This document shows positions 51,253-61,759 of a stretch of DNA of 64,000 bases, piece by piece. The notes under the pieces are model-generated. The model worked only from the letters and a program-made list of their open reading frames with translations, did no database searches and had not been told where the DNA came from. Source of the stretch: Mobula hypostoma (lineage: Eukaryota); contig NC_086108.1 in the NCBI RefSeq assembly GCF_963921235.1, positions 21,824,001 through 21,888,000 of the forward strand. Direction: 5' to 3'. Position 1 is the stretch's first letter, and the number at the start of each line of letters is the position of its first letter. A program made the position numbers and the translations under genes.

Positions 51253-52925
51253 ACAGCCATGACAGCACTTGACATCCAGTAGAGCTGCAGTTTATTCATA
51301 AGAATTTCTGAATGACTCTGATGTTAATAGCCCTGTTAAAGATGACAAAATTTAACTGCAATTATTAATACAGCTTGAAAATTAAACTTAACTAAAATAT
51401 CAGTCCTTCTAAGTAATCAAGACCAATAAAACAAAATAATATTTAAAAAGCAGCCTTTCCATCCTAATATTTTGCCTTACACTCCCCATTACATCCAAGG
51501 TGTGTTGGATCTTTTATCAAGTCTGACTGGCACAACATCTAAGAAATGATTTCCCCAGACCTGGGTGAAGGGTACTTCTAGCAGAGTAAGAATCCTCTGT
51601 TGGACTTCACATAGAGTCTCGTGATCGAATGACTGGCAGATTTGACCTTCCAAATTTGAAATAAAACACTTATCTTTCAGATTTTGTTTATAAATTACAC
51701 GTGTCAAGTATTTAGTGTTTGTGCAGTTTAATTTCCTGTTTCAATCTGTTATTTCTGATTCTTTTGTGCAAAGCTGAGACGATAATTTGCCACAATTTTA
51801 TTTTAAGAATGCTTTTTTTCCCCTCATCCTTTGAATAGGTGCAGGACATCCAGAATCTTATAACTACTGAAATATACGTACTTTCTTTTGTTCTCAGAAT
51901 GCTTTTAGCTGTAGGGTGTTGGGGATAGAAGACCTGTTTCTTAAAAAGTTTCCATTCCCTCAACCTTAAGTTTTCTTCTTCATTCTTTGATTAGATACCA
52001 ACTGGAATATCACTGTAACTTCGCATACACTTGGGCCACCTGTTCTGCATGACAAACTGCAGCACCAGCCATTACCCATATTCAGTACGTGCAGGAAAAG
52101 GGAAAAGTCTTCATAAGCAATACAGTTGAACTATTGCAGCAGATTTCTTCAACAGCAAGAAGATATGTTGAAATAGATCTTATTAGAAATAAAATCTATA
52201 AAGTTCCTGCATGCAATCTGTAGCCATTCAATTGGTAGTACTTGAGTACAATGATTGATTAATGCGAAATTTTATTTTTGAACTTATTCAAATATACTCT
52301 CTTCTATTGAAAGCACTAGATCCTTTTTCATGCACTCCTCTTCTAACAGTTTCATGATGTGCATAATTTGGCACTTTTCAGAATATATCTTGTCACAGTA
52401 TTTGTCTAAAAAATACAGGAGAAATGTTATTTTAAATTTTATGAAATATCTTTCTGTTCTGAAAGTGCTTATTAATTCTCTGGACCACTGATTTTTAGGT
52501 CTGAATATGTGATTGATTGTGAAAAATCCAACTTCTGTTCTTTTAAAGAATGCAGCTAAAAAAAAAGTTTGATGGGAAGTAGTTGTGACATCTCATTGCA
52601 GTCTGCATCTTCACTGGCAAATTTTGAAACTGCTATAGTGTGCACTATTGGCTTTCAAATTTGGTGCTCAACATGAAGTGCATGGGTTCAAAATCGGAGA
52701 AATGAGATTTTGTGTATTTAAAAGATGAATATGTGAAAACAAAACACATTAAAAACACATTTCCTTTTGGGACAAATTCAGATGATCATTCTAAGAACCA
52801 GTTCACAGTGAAAGGAATACAACCAATCTGAATACTGACCAGTCGTGCTGAAAAGGTAAAACAAAATCAAGAACCTTTCAGAATCTGATAAATCAATGAA
52901 TGCTTACAAGTAACCTACTCTTGAA

Positions 52926-54214
52926 CGCAAACACAAGAAAATCTACAGATGCTGGAATTTCAAGCAGCACGCACAAAATGCTGGTAGAACAGAGCAGGCC
53001 AGGCAGCATCTATAGGAGGAGGTACAGTCAATGTTTCAGGCCGAGACCCTTCGTCAGGACTAACTGAAAGAAGAGATAGTAAGAGATTTGAAAGAGGGAG
53101 GGGGGAGGGGAAAATGATAAGAAATGATAGGAGAAGACAGGTGGGGGAAGGATGAAGCTAAGAGCTGGGAAGTTGATTGGCTAAAGGGAAACAAAGCTGG
53201 AGACACAGGAGAAAGAAAGGGGAGGGAAGCACCAGAGGAAGATGGAGAGCGGGCAAGGAGTGATTGTGAGAGGGAAAGAGAGAGAGAAAAAAAGGAGGGG
53301 GGAATAATGAATGAATAAAGAAATAAAATAGGGGATGGGGTAAGAAGGGGAGGAGGAGCATTAGCGGAAGTTGGAGAAATCAGTGTTCATGCGATCAGGT
53401 TGGAGGCTACCCAGACGGAATATAAGGTGTTGTTCCTCCAACCTGAGTGTGGCTTCATCTTGACAGTAGAGGAGGCCATAGATTGACATATCAGAATGGG
53501 AATGGGACGTGGAATTACAATGTGTGGCCACTGGGAGATCCTGCTGTATATTGGTGAGAGTGCACCCGGTGCGGCCTTCTGTGTATTGGTGAGACTGGGA
53601 GTCTGTTTCGCTGAACTTCTACGCTCTGGCCGCCAGAGGAAACAGGATCTCCCAGTGGCCACACATTTTAATTCCACGTCCCATTCCGATTCTGATATGT
53701 CAATCCATGGCCTCCTCTGCTGTCGATATGAAGCCACACTGAGGTTGGAGGAACAACGCCTTATATTCCGTCTGGGTAGCCTCCAACCTGATCGCATGAA
53801 CATTGATTTCTCCAACTTCCGCTAATGCTCCACCTCCCCTTCTTACCCTATCCTTTATTTATTTTTTCATTTATTATTCCCCCCTTTTTTCTCTCTCTCT
53901 TTCCCTCTCAAAATCATACCTTGTCTGCTCTCCATCTTCCTCTGCTGCTCCCCTCCCCATTTCTTTCTTCCATGTCTCCAGCTCTGTATCCCTTTTGCCA
54001 ATCAACTTCCCAGCTCTTAGCTTCATCCTTCCCCCACCTGTCTTCTCCTATCATTTCTTATCATTTTCCCCTCCTCCTCCCTCTTTCAAATCTCTTACTA
54101 TCTGTTCTTTCAGTTAGTCCTGACAAAGGGTCTCAGCCCAAAACGTTGACAGTACCTCTTCCTATACATGTTGCCTGGCCTGCTGTGTTTTACCAGCATT
54201 TTGTGTGTGTTGCT
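52926..54214. mobile_element. 1.3-kb Penelope fold-back (two 3' ends joined head-to-head) with 15-bp TSD
   Basis: About 52965-53543 is the reverse complement of about 53643-54214. TSD TAACCTACTCTTGAA at 52911-52925 and 54215-54229. GIY-YIG C-terminus in ORF 53496-53825. Confidence 0.92.
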
Positions 54215-54804
54215 TAACCTACTCTTGAAGTTTTGAAAGAAAAATAATTGGAGTATGTTTTTGAACATGGGCCTCAGTGACTCGGATGAGGCACATTTAG
54301 CTAAGGACTATCTAAAATGTACCGTGTTTGATATTTTGGAGCAGCATTCAGTTCATGTCTCACAAACCAGTATCAACTGGCTACAGTGCCACACCACCAA
54401 TCCAACCTTCCATTTGTTTCATCTTCAGACATTTGTTTTTGTCTTCACTCAATTTTGATCAGATTGGTTTTCAAGCCAGTTGAATCATAAAGAAGAGCCA
54501 GATGTGAAATCTGTGTGAGAAAGTAATACCTAGATGATGTGTGGCTGCTTAGCACTTTTATAGGGCCTTGACAGGCACTTGTGCAAGTGAGGTGTTCATA
54601 TGGATGGGGAGCTTGCTGAATCTAGATATATCCATGATGTAAAGCATTTGGAGAAAGAAAAAATCCGGCTGTTCTGATGCATAGATCTCTCAAAGTAGTT
54701 GTATGAGAAAAGTGCATCCTTTTGCTCTTTTGCTTTGTGTTACTTTTTTGGTACCAGGGTTAAAACTTGCACTCAACATTTGTAGAATATTAAGTGGGTA
54801 TGTT

Positions 54805-55179
54805 CTTTTTAATTCACTTTAAGTGATGTTGTTTCACTGCCAAGGCCAGCATTAATTTTTCATTATTTGATAAGGTGGTGGCGAGGCTCCACCAAGAAGA
54901 GCTGCAGAGCATCAGTTGAATGAATTCCTATAGTGTTATTGGGCAGAGTGTTTCAGGATTCATGTTCTCTCATAAGAAACTTGGGTCGTGTAATTACTAC
55001 TCATCTGCCTTAATGGAGGAAGTTGTGGGTTTGAGAGGTACTATCAAAATAGCCTTGGTGAATAATGGCTTTGGACTTTGTGTGGCACACTACAGACTTA
55101 GTGCATCAAAGTGGAGGAGGGGAATATTTTGTGGAGGTGTATGGAGTACCAATCAAGGATATCACTTTGTCGTGGATGG
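54805..55179 (-). mobile_element. Old LINE 3' end, host of the ERV; continues at 60546-60625
   Basis: ggccagcattaatt..aaggtggtgg; ccaatcaag..ctttgtcgtggatgg on the left resumes as tgttgagtttattgag..ggagctgtattcatccagg on the right. Confidence 0.6.
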
Positions 55180-55942
55180 TGTAGGATCCAACTGTTTGCC
55201 ATTTTCTTTGCAGTTTAACCATTAATTATCTGCTTGCATTTTATAATTTTAAGAATGCTTTTTTTCCCCCTCATCCTTTGAATAGGTGCAGGACATCCAG
55301 AATCTTATAACTACTGAAATATACGTACTGTTTTATATTTTCTTTTTTTGGAACACTCTGCCACTCTGACTTTGGAATTTTGGAAAGCTTCTTTGTCTTT
55401 CATTAAGTGGCTAGTATTTTCTTATTGGTTAACTTTTTAATACAGTATTGGTTAAGTGTGTTGGCACGTGGCCAAGTGGTTAAGGCGTTCGTCTAGTGAT
55501 TTGAAGGTCGCTAGTTCGAGCCTTGGCTGAATGGGTCCTAATGCCCTTCCCTTGGAAAACCGGTGGCGTGGAGAGGGGAGACTTGTAGCATGAGCAACTG
55601 CTGGTCTTCCATACAACCTTGCCCAGGTCTGCGCCCTGGAAACCTTCCAAGGTGCAAATCCATGGTCTCATGAGACTAACAGATGCCTATAAATTGGTTA
55701 AGTATATTCTAATTGTATTATTATCTATAGAATGGAACTTTCCATGATGGTATAAAAGTAGCTGTTTTGTGCTAGGCCCCATCTTTTTCTTCTTTAGATC
55801 CTTTCTTCAAGTAATAAGACCCCCCCCCCAGTCATTGTTCCGTTCTTGTTCTCTTTGTTCTATCAACTCCTATTAAAATGATCATGAAGCAACAGATTTT
55901 ATGCCTCATTCCTGACTTCTAAAAGAACCTTAGATTTAAACA
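55180..55942 (+). repeat. ERV 5' LTR (expanded by a SINE and a templated patch)
   Basis: Collinear with 60120-60542; TATAAAA at 55751; ends gatttaaaCA. Confidence 0.88.
55458..55692 (+). mobile_element. tRNA-derived SINE inserted in the 5' LTR, 11-bp TSD
   Basis: A box TGGCCAAGTGG, B box AGTTCGAGCC; TSD ATTGGTTAAGT at 55447-55457 and 55693-55703; absent from the 3' LTR. Confidence 0.88.
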
Positions 55943-56164
55943 CTAGAATCCCAACAAACTGGAGTAGTTAGTGATGATCTTCCAAAGCTTAAAATTTGTT
56001 ACACTTGAAGACAAATAGAGAGATTTTTTAGTGTACGACAAAAGGGGTAAGAACTTCCTCTGTTCCTCTGCTGTCTGAGAGAAAAGTTCTGGCTTCAAAT
56101 ATCAGATGGATATCAGGATTGAGAACTTCTGTGCTGCTATTTGAAAGAGAAACAGCTGTCGAAG

Positions 56165-56330
56165 TATTGGTTGCAATCTATTTGGTCCTAACCTATTTGG
56201 TTACAATCTATTTTGGTCGCATGACAATCTATTTTGGTATCTGGTGAAAATTGTGGTTGCACAATCTACTTGGTTGTAATCTATTTGGATCATGATCTAT
56301 TTGCTGGATCAATCTGGTTGTTGGATCAAC
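56165..56330 (+). repeat. Degenerate ~15-bp tandem repeat (CAATCTATTTGGTTG-like), about 9 units
   Basis: caatctatttgg, acctatttgg, caatctattttgg (x2), caatctacttgg, taatctatttgg, gatctatttgc, caatctgg. Confidence 0.8.
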
Positions 56331-57045
56331 TTATAGCGACAAAGTGGATTTCTTACAGTTGTAGAAACTTTTGTCAAGAATGAGCAACTGCTAAAAGAAC
56401 TTATGGATGTCATACAGCTGCCATCAGAAGTTGCTGTATTAAAATGTAAAAGCTACTACCGTACAAACAGCAAAAACTTTGATCAAGGGCTATATTCCCA
56501 GATTGGGAATGGCCATGTCATATCGATGCTGACCAAGGAGCACATTTCACTGCGAGTGTTCGTCAGGAATTATGTCAACTGATGAACATTGAATGGTCTT
56601 TTCATTGTCCACATCATCCAGACTCATCTGGATAAATTGAACGAATGAATGAGACCATTGAGAGATTGACTAAGTATCATAAGGAAAGTATACTATGGCC
56701 TATGGTCTTGTGTACCAAGAAAACAAAACTATGTCCATTTGAAGTCGTTACTGGGTGTCCTATGTCACTGCTGGGAGCCCTCAATCTGAGAGAGGCAGAC
56801 AATTTAGTTAACAATTGTGTGAAATTAATCCAAGCTGTACAGTCAGCTCTCAAAGGGTTTCTGCTGCTTGGGAAGACCTAACAGAAGGAGGACACACCCT
56901 GATTCCTGATGAGTGGGTTCTGATTAAGAAACCTCATAAGGAAGTACAGGGAGTTTGATGGAAAGGTCCTTATCAAGTGCTGTAATTACCAACAGTGAAA
57001 GTAGAAGATAAAAGTAAGTGGATACATGCCAATCACTGCAAGTGA
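56330..57045 (+). pseudogene. pol: ERV pol remnant: RNase H C-terminus fused by deletion to integrase core and C-terminus
   Basis: RQSGFLTVVETFVKNEQLLKELMDVIQLPSEVAVLKCK; HIDADQGAHFTASVRQELCQLMNIEWSFHCPHHPDSSG*IERMNETI; CPFEVVTGCPM; WVLIKK..WKGPYQVL..KWIHANHCK. Confidence 0.9.
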
Positions 57046-57271
57046 ATGGAAGTGCTGTCTGGCAAAGACAATAAATGCTATGGTTAATGTACTGGTCACC
57101 TCTGTCACTGTGGCTATGCTGCTGGGTTACAGTGAGCAAATCACTAACCAGCTGGAAGACTTCAAGCAAGTCACCAACCACTGGATATTGTAAAGTTTAT
57201 TCCAGTATTATTTGTTGTTGTTATATTTTTGCCAATTTTTCCCTAAAGATGTGCTAGTTTAGATGATTATA

Positions 57272-58087
57272 CAGGTTTCCCCGCCGTCTGAAGGTAGAGT
57301 GTTCCTATGAAACGGTTTGTAAGCGGAAATGTCATAAAGTGAAGAAGCAATTACCATTTATTTATATGGGAAAAATTTGTGAGCGTTCGCAGACCCAAAG
57401 ATAACCTACCAAATCATGCCAAGTAACACACAAAACCTAAAATAACAGCAACATATAGTAAAAGCAGGAATGATAAATACACAGCCTATATAAAGTAGAA
57501 ATACAAACGTTTGTACTTTCCCACAATCATTGCCTGCACTGTTCTCTGTAGCGAAAATCTCATGCAAGCGCTCGCGGCAGAAACACGGCACAAGCGCTTT
57601 CGACAAAAACAGCGCAAGTGCTTTCGGCAGAAAACCTCATGCAAGCGCTCTCGGTAAAAACACTCTCTCCAGTAACCTTTAAGCTATGAAGCTGCCAAAT
57701 CACACCAAATAGCATGTAAAAATACACAGCCTATATAAAGTAGAAATAATGTATGTACAGTGTAGTATCACTTTATGGGAATTGGGAAGACAGCGCAGAG
57801 CACACTGATGATGGTGTGTTAGGCTGAGTCGTTGGAGGCTGGGCTGGTGCAGTGTTTAAGCAATGCCGGATAGAATGCCGTTCTGAATCCAGGGGAGAGC
57901 GGCTGCTTGGAGCGTGCGCTGCTTTTTTTTTGCATGCTGCCTTTTTTTGCACACTGCTTTTTTCCATGAGCTGCCTTTTTTCATAACAGTGAAAGCACCT
58001 TCTGTTGGCAAAAACAGGGAACTAATGTGGGTCTTTCGTAACAGTGAGGTTTCGTAAAGCGAACGTTCGAAAAGCAGGGGACACCTG
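57272..58087. mobile_element. Non-autonomous pogo/Tigger-like DNA transposon inserted in env
   Basis: TA-CAGGTTTCCCCGC...GCAGGGGACACCTG-TA termini; subterminal cgtaa/cgaa repeats; internal repeats caagcgct..cggcagaaa x4 and aaatacacagcctatataaagtagaaata x2. Confidence 0.8.
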
Positions 58088-58247
58088 TAATGTATACTTG
58101 TGTTATTGACAATCAGAAATATTACAATTCTGCAAATCTCTTGTCAAGTAGTAAGAAATGGTCTACGTTCATGGACCAAGGTGTAGTGTATGTGAGCCCA
58201 CATCTCACTTCCATGTAATTGGTTAGAATCTTATTTCGGGTATGTTT

Positions 58248-59400
58248 TAGTCATAGTCATACTTTATTGATCCCGGAGGAAATTGGTTTTCGTTACTGTT
58301 GCACCATAAATAATTAAATAGTAATAAAACCATAAATAGTTAAATAGTAATATGTAAATTATGCCAGTAAATTATAAAATAAGTCCAGGACCAGCCTATT
58401 GGCTCAGGGTGTCTGACCCTCCAAGGGATGAGTTGTAAAGTTTGATGGCCACAGGCAGGAATGACTTCCTATGACGCTCTGTGTTGCATCTCGGTGGAAT
58501 GAGTCTCTGGCTGAATGTATTCCTGTGCCCAACCAGTACATTATGTAGTGGATGGGAGACATTGTCCAAGATGGCATGCAACTTGGACAGCATCCTCCTT
58601 TCAGACACCGCCGTCAGAGAGTCCAGTTCCATCCCCACAACATCACTGGCCTTACGAATGAGTTTGTTGATTCTGTTGGTGTCTGCTACCCTCAGCCTGC
58701 TGCCCCAGCACACAACAGCAAACATGATAGCACTGGTCACCACAGACTCGTAGAACATCCTCAGCATTGTCCGGCAGATGTTAAAGGACCTCAGTCTCCT
58801 TAGGAAATAGAGACAGCTCTGACCCTTCTTGTAGACAGCCTCAGTGTTCTTTGACCAGTCCAGTTTATTGTCAGTTCGTATCCCCAAGTATTTGTAATCC
58901 TCCACCATGTCCACACTGACCCCCTGGATGGAAACAGGGGTCACCGGTACCTTAGCTCTCCTCAGGTCTACCACCAGCTCCTTAGACTTTTTCATGTTAA
59001 GCTGCAGTTAATTCTGCTCACACCATGTGATAAAGTTTTCTACCGTAGCCCTGTACTCAGCTTCCTCTCCCTTGCTGATGCATCCAACTATGGCAGAGTC
59101 ATCAGAAAACTTTTGAAGATGACAAGACTCTGTGCAGTAATTGAAGTCCGAGGTGTAAATGGTGAAGAGAAAGGGAGACAAGACAGTCCCTTGTGGAGGC
59201 CCAGTGCTGCTGATCACTCTATTGGATACAGTGTTGCAAGCACACGTGCTGTGGTCCGCCGGTCAGGTAATCAAGAATCCATGACACCAGGAAAGCATCC
59301 ACCTGCATCGCTGTCAGCTTCTCCCCCAGCGAAGCAGGGCGGATGGTGTTGAACACACTGGAGAAGTCAAAAAACATGACCCTCACAGTGCTCACTGGCC
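58248..59400 (-). mobile_element. Rex1/Babar LINE, young, 5'-truncated, inserted in env
   Basis: FFDFSSVFNTI, STGPPQGTVLSPFLFTIYTSDF..KFSDDSAIVG, YKYLG..LYFLRRLRSF..KSFLPVAIKLYN (ORFs 59219-59422, 59008-59217, 58396-58995); (ATGACT)n tail. Confidence 0.92.
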
Positions 59401-60119
59401 TTTTCTGCCATGAGACTTGCACACACCTTATCTTTACCTCCCAAGTCTAGAAGTAAATGTGGCATTTCAGAAAAGATAATTATGCATTAATTTTATTCCT
59501 GTTTTATGGTTTGCAAAGAATATAAAATAGATTAAAAATATTCCTGCATCCTTGGAAAGAGTAAGCGAAGACACTGCTGAAGCCTTGGGAAAAGTAACAA
59601 CAGAAATGGTTGCCATGCGTAAGATGGTTCTTCAAAATGGTATGGCATTAGATCTCACCAGTTAAGGGGGGAATATGTGCAGTTATAGGCAAGGAGCATT
59701 TTACTTGTATCTTTGGATTCATCAGGTGTATAACTAATTTGGCATGATCATATTTTTAAAGAAGTATCTAAAATACACTGATGTGATGGATGGGATTTTT
59801 TTGATTGGATTCATTAAAGCCTTGGAAGCTGGGGTTACTCAATATTATGAGTCATATTATTCATACTAATATACCTTATCATAACTTACATCTTTTTTAC
59901 TTGTTTAAAGGCGAACATAAGCAGAATAGTTCAAACTTGCATAATCTGCCTAACCATGATATGATCTTATGAATATTTCGAAGAATATATAGTTTGATAC
60001 TTTATAACCTAAGTATGTCTTTGATTATTCTATATGTAACATATATAGCACAAGTTTTTTTGCCTCTGAATTTTTAGATGTAATGAGTCTAAACATGTGA
60101 TTTAGAATCAAAGGGGAAT

Positions 60120-60542
60120 TGTTGAATCTGACTGTTTAATTGCTATTTTCTTTGCAGTTGAACAATTAATTATCTGCTTGTATTTTAAGTAGCTGTTCTA
60201 CGCTTAACAGTTTAATATGCCTCTAGTTCTGGAAAACTTTGTATTTCATTAAGTGGCTAGTATTTTCTCTGGTTAACTTTTTACTGCAGTATTGATTAAG
60301 TATTTTCTATTGTTATTTATAGCTTAGAATGGAATTTTCCTACCGCTATGGTATAAAAGTAGCTGTTTTGTGCTAAGTGCCATCTCTCTCTTCTTTAGAT
60401 CCTCTTGTCCTCAAGTAATGAGACCCCTCTGTCACTGTTCTGTTCCTGTTCTTTTTGTTCTATCAACTCTTAATAAAACGATTGTGAAGCAACCAGTTTA
60501 ATGCCTCATTCCTGACTTCTAACAGAATCTTGGATTTAAACA
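60120..60542 (+). repeat. ERV 3' LTR (423 bp)
   Basis: Starts TG two bases after the PPT; TATAAAA at 60352, AATAAA at 60472; ends AACA. Confidence 0.9.
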
Positions 60543-60627
60543 GCAATGATGTTGAGTTTATTGAGTTTTGATGGAGCTGTATTCATCCAGGGAAATGGGA
60601 AATATGCCATCAGACTTGAGTTTTGTG

Positions 60628-60755
60628 GACAAGAAAAAATCTGTAGATGCTGGAAATCCAAGCAACACCCGTAAAATGCTGGAGGAACTCAGCAGGCCAG
60701 GAAGCATGGAAAAGAGTAAACAGTTGACGTTTTGGGCTAAGATCCTTCAGGAAGG
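60628..60755 (-). mobile_element. Penelope pLTR fragment, decayed hammerhead
   Basis: aaaatctgtagatgctggaaatccaagcaacac..cagttgacgttttgggctaagatccttcagga. Confidence 0.75.
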
Positions 60756-61065
60756 GTTTTGTGGAAAAACTTTACTAGCTATGTTTGAAGGCAAGTGGTT
60801 TTTTGCTTGAAGAATTTTCAAGTGAAAAGGGTTTCGTGAAAGAGGAAGTGTAAAATTCAGTTTTAGATTAAATTTCCACATTCCAAGGTCTTGCTTCTCA
60901 ATCTACCTACTTCAAGTCAAGTCAAGTCACTTTTTATTGTCAATTCCACCATAACTGCTGGTACAGTACACAGTAAAAATGAGACAACATTTTTCAGGAC
61001 CATGGTGCTACATGAACAATACAAAAACTACACTGAACTATGTAAAACAACACAAAACTACACTA

Positions 61066-61449
61066 CAGACATCCCACCCTGCAAAAACTCATTTCAGGGA
61101 GGTAGCACCATCAATTTGCAGGAGATTCCTGGAACTTCCGGGAGGGGTGGGATGTCTGCAATAGTTTAGCTCCTTAGCAGCTAGCCAGCTAGTTTAAATA
61201 ACGTTAGCTATGCTAATGAACGAATGACACCTGTTAAACTCATCTCAACATGTCTTTTACAGTCTTAACCCACCATGGGCAATAGAAAAGTCACTGTTGC
61301 AAACAGTGCAGCGAGCAACACTGTCATTATTTTTGACCCCTATTAGGCAGGGGTACACTTTAGTGTAGTTTGGGGTGACGTATGTTTTATATTTTCTTTT
61401 TTTGGAACACTCTGCCACTCTGACTTTTTTTTGGAACTCTCTCGCTCTT

Positions 61450-61492
<43 letters not shown>

Positions 61493-61759
61493 CTCTCTCT
61501 GACGCGTGCTTGCTTTGTCGCTCTTGCTCTCGCTCTCTCTCTTGAGCTCTCTCACCCGTGGTTGCTCTCACTCACGCTCGCTGTCTCGCGCTTGCTTTCT
61601 TGCTCTTGCGCTCTCTCTCTCGCTCTTTCTCACGCATTCTCTCACGCTCACTCTCAAAAAAATCAATTTCCGGGACATTGTATATAATTTGCGGGCATCA
61701 GGGAGCCCCCATCAATATGTGGGAGACTCCCGGAACTTCCGGGAGAGGTGGGATGTCTG
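61066..61759 (-). mobile_element. Non-autonomous hAT-like DNA transposon with transposase N-terminal zinc-finger remnant
   Basis: TIR CAGACATCCCACC / GGTGGGATGTCTG; minus-strand peptide YTKVYPCLIGVKNNDSVARCTVCNSDFSIAHGG (BED-finger-like); flanks ACACTA / ACACAA. Confidence 0.75.
61436..61655 (+). repeat. (CT)n microsatellite and degenerate CTCG/CTTG low-complexity tract
   Basis: Pure CT run at about 61452-61489 inside the DNA transposon. Confidence 0.95.

Larger units (their letters stand above)
57075..59950 (+). pseudogene. env: ERV env remnant (interrupted by two insertions)
   Basis: SU C-terminus LPCNWLESYFGYV (about 58208-58246); furin-like RSK(C) at 59449-59460; heptad/ISD ASLERVSEDTAEALGKVTTEMVAMRKMVLQNGMALDL followed by GG.CAVIGKE; hydrophobic stretch at about 59830-59905. 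The 5' boundary is tentative. Confidence 0.85.
55180..60542 (+). mobile_element. Decayed endogenous retrovirus (class I, gamma/epsilon-like) with env; gag-pro-RT largely deleted
   Basis: Two direct LTRs (TG..CA), PPT agaatcaaaggggaa at 60104-60118, and RNase H, integrase and env remnants in retroviral order. Confidence 0.92.

Noticed and set aside
55458..55535. tRNA gene
   Set aside because: A and B boxes are present, but it is the head of a TSD-flanked SINE and lacks a proper acceptor stem.
56165..56330. CRISPR-like array
   Set aside because: Units are ~15 bp, degenerate and adjacent, with no unique spacers; the context is eukaryotic and there are no cas genes.
55175..60549. Exact TSD and primer-binding site for the ERV
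   Set aside because: The flanks (gatgg versus gcaatga) give at best a mismatched 4-5 bp duplication, and no TGG-starting PBS follows the 5' LTR, so neither is claimed.
61257..61571. ER-repeat coiled-coil protein
   Set aside because: The ER run is a translated (GA)n microsatellite; only the C-terminal finger-like remnant is meaningful.
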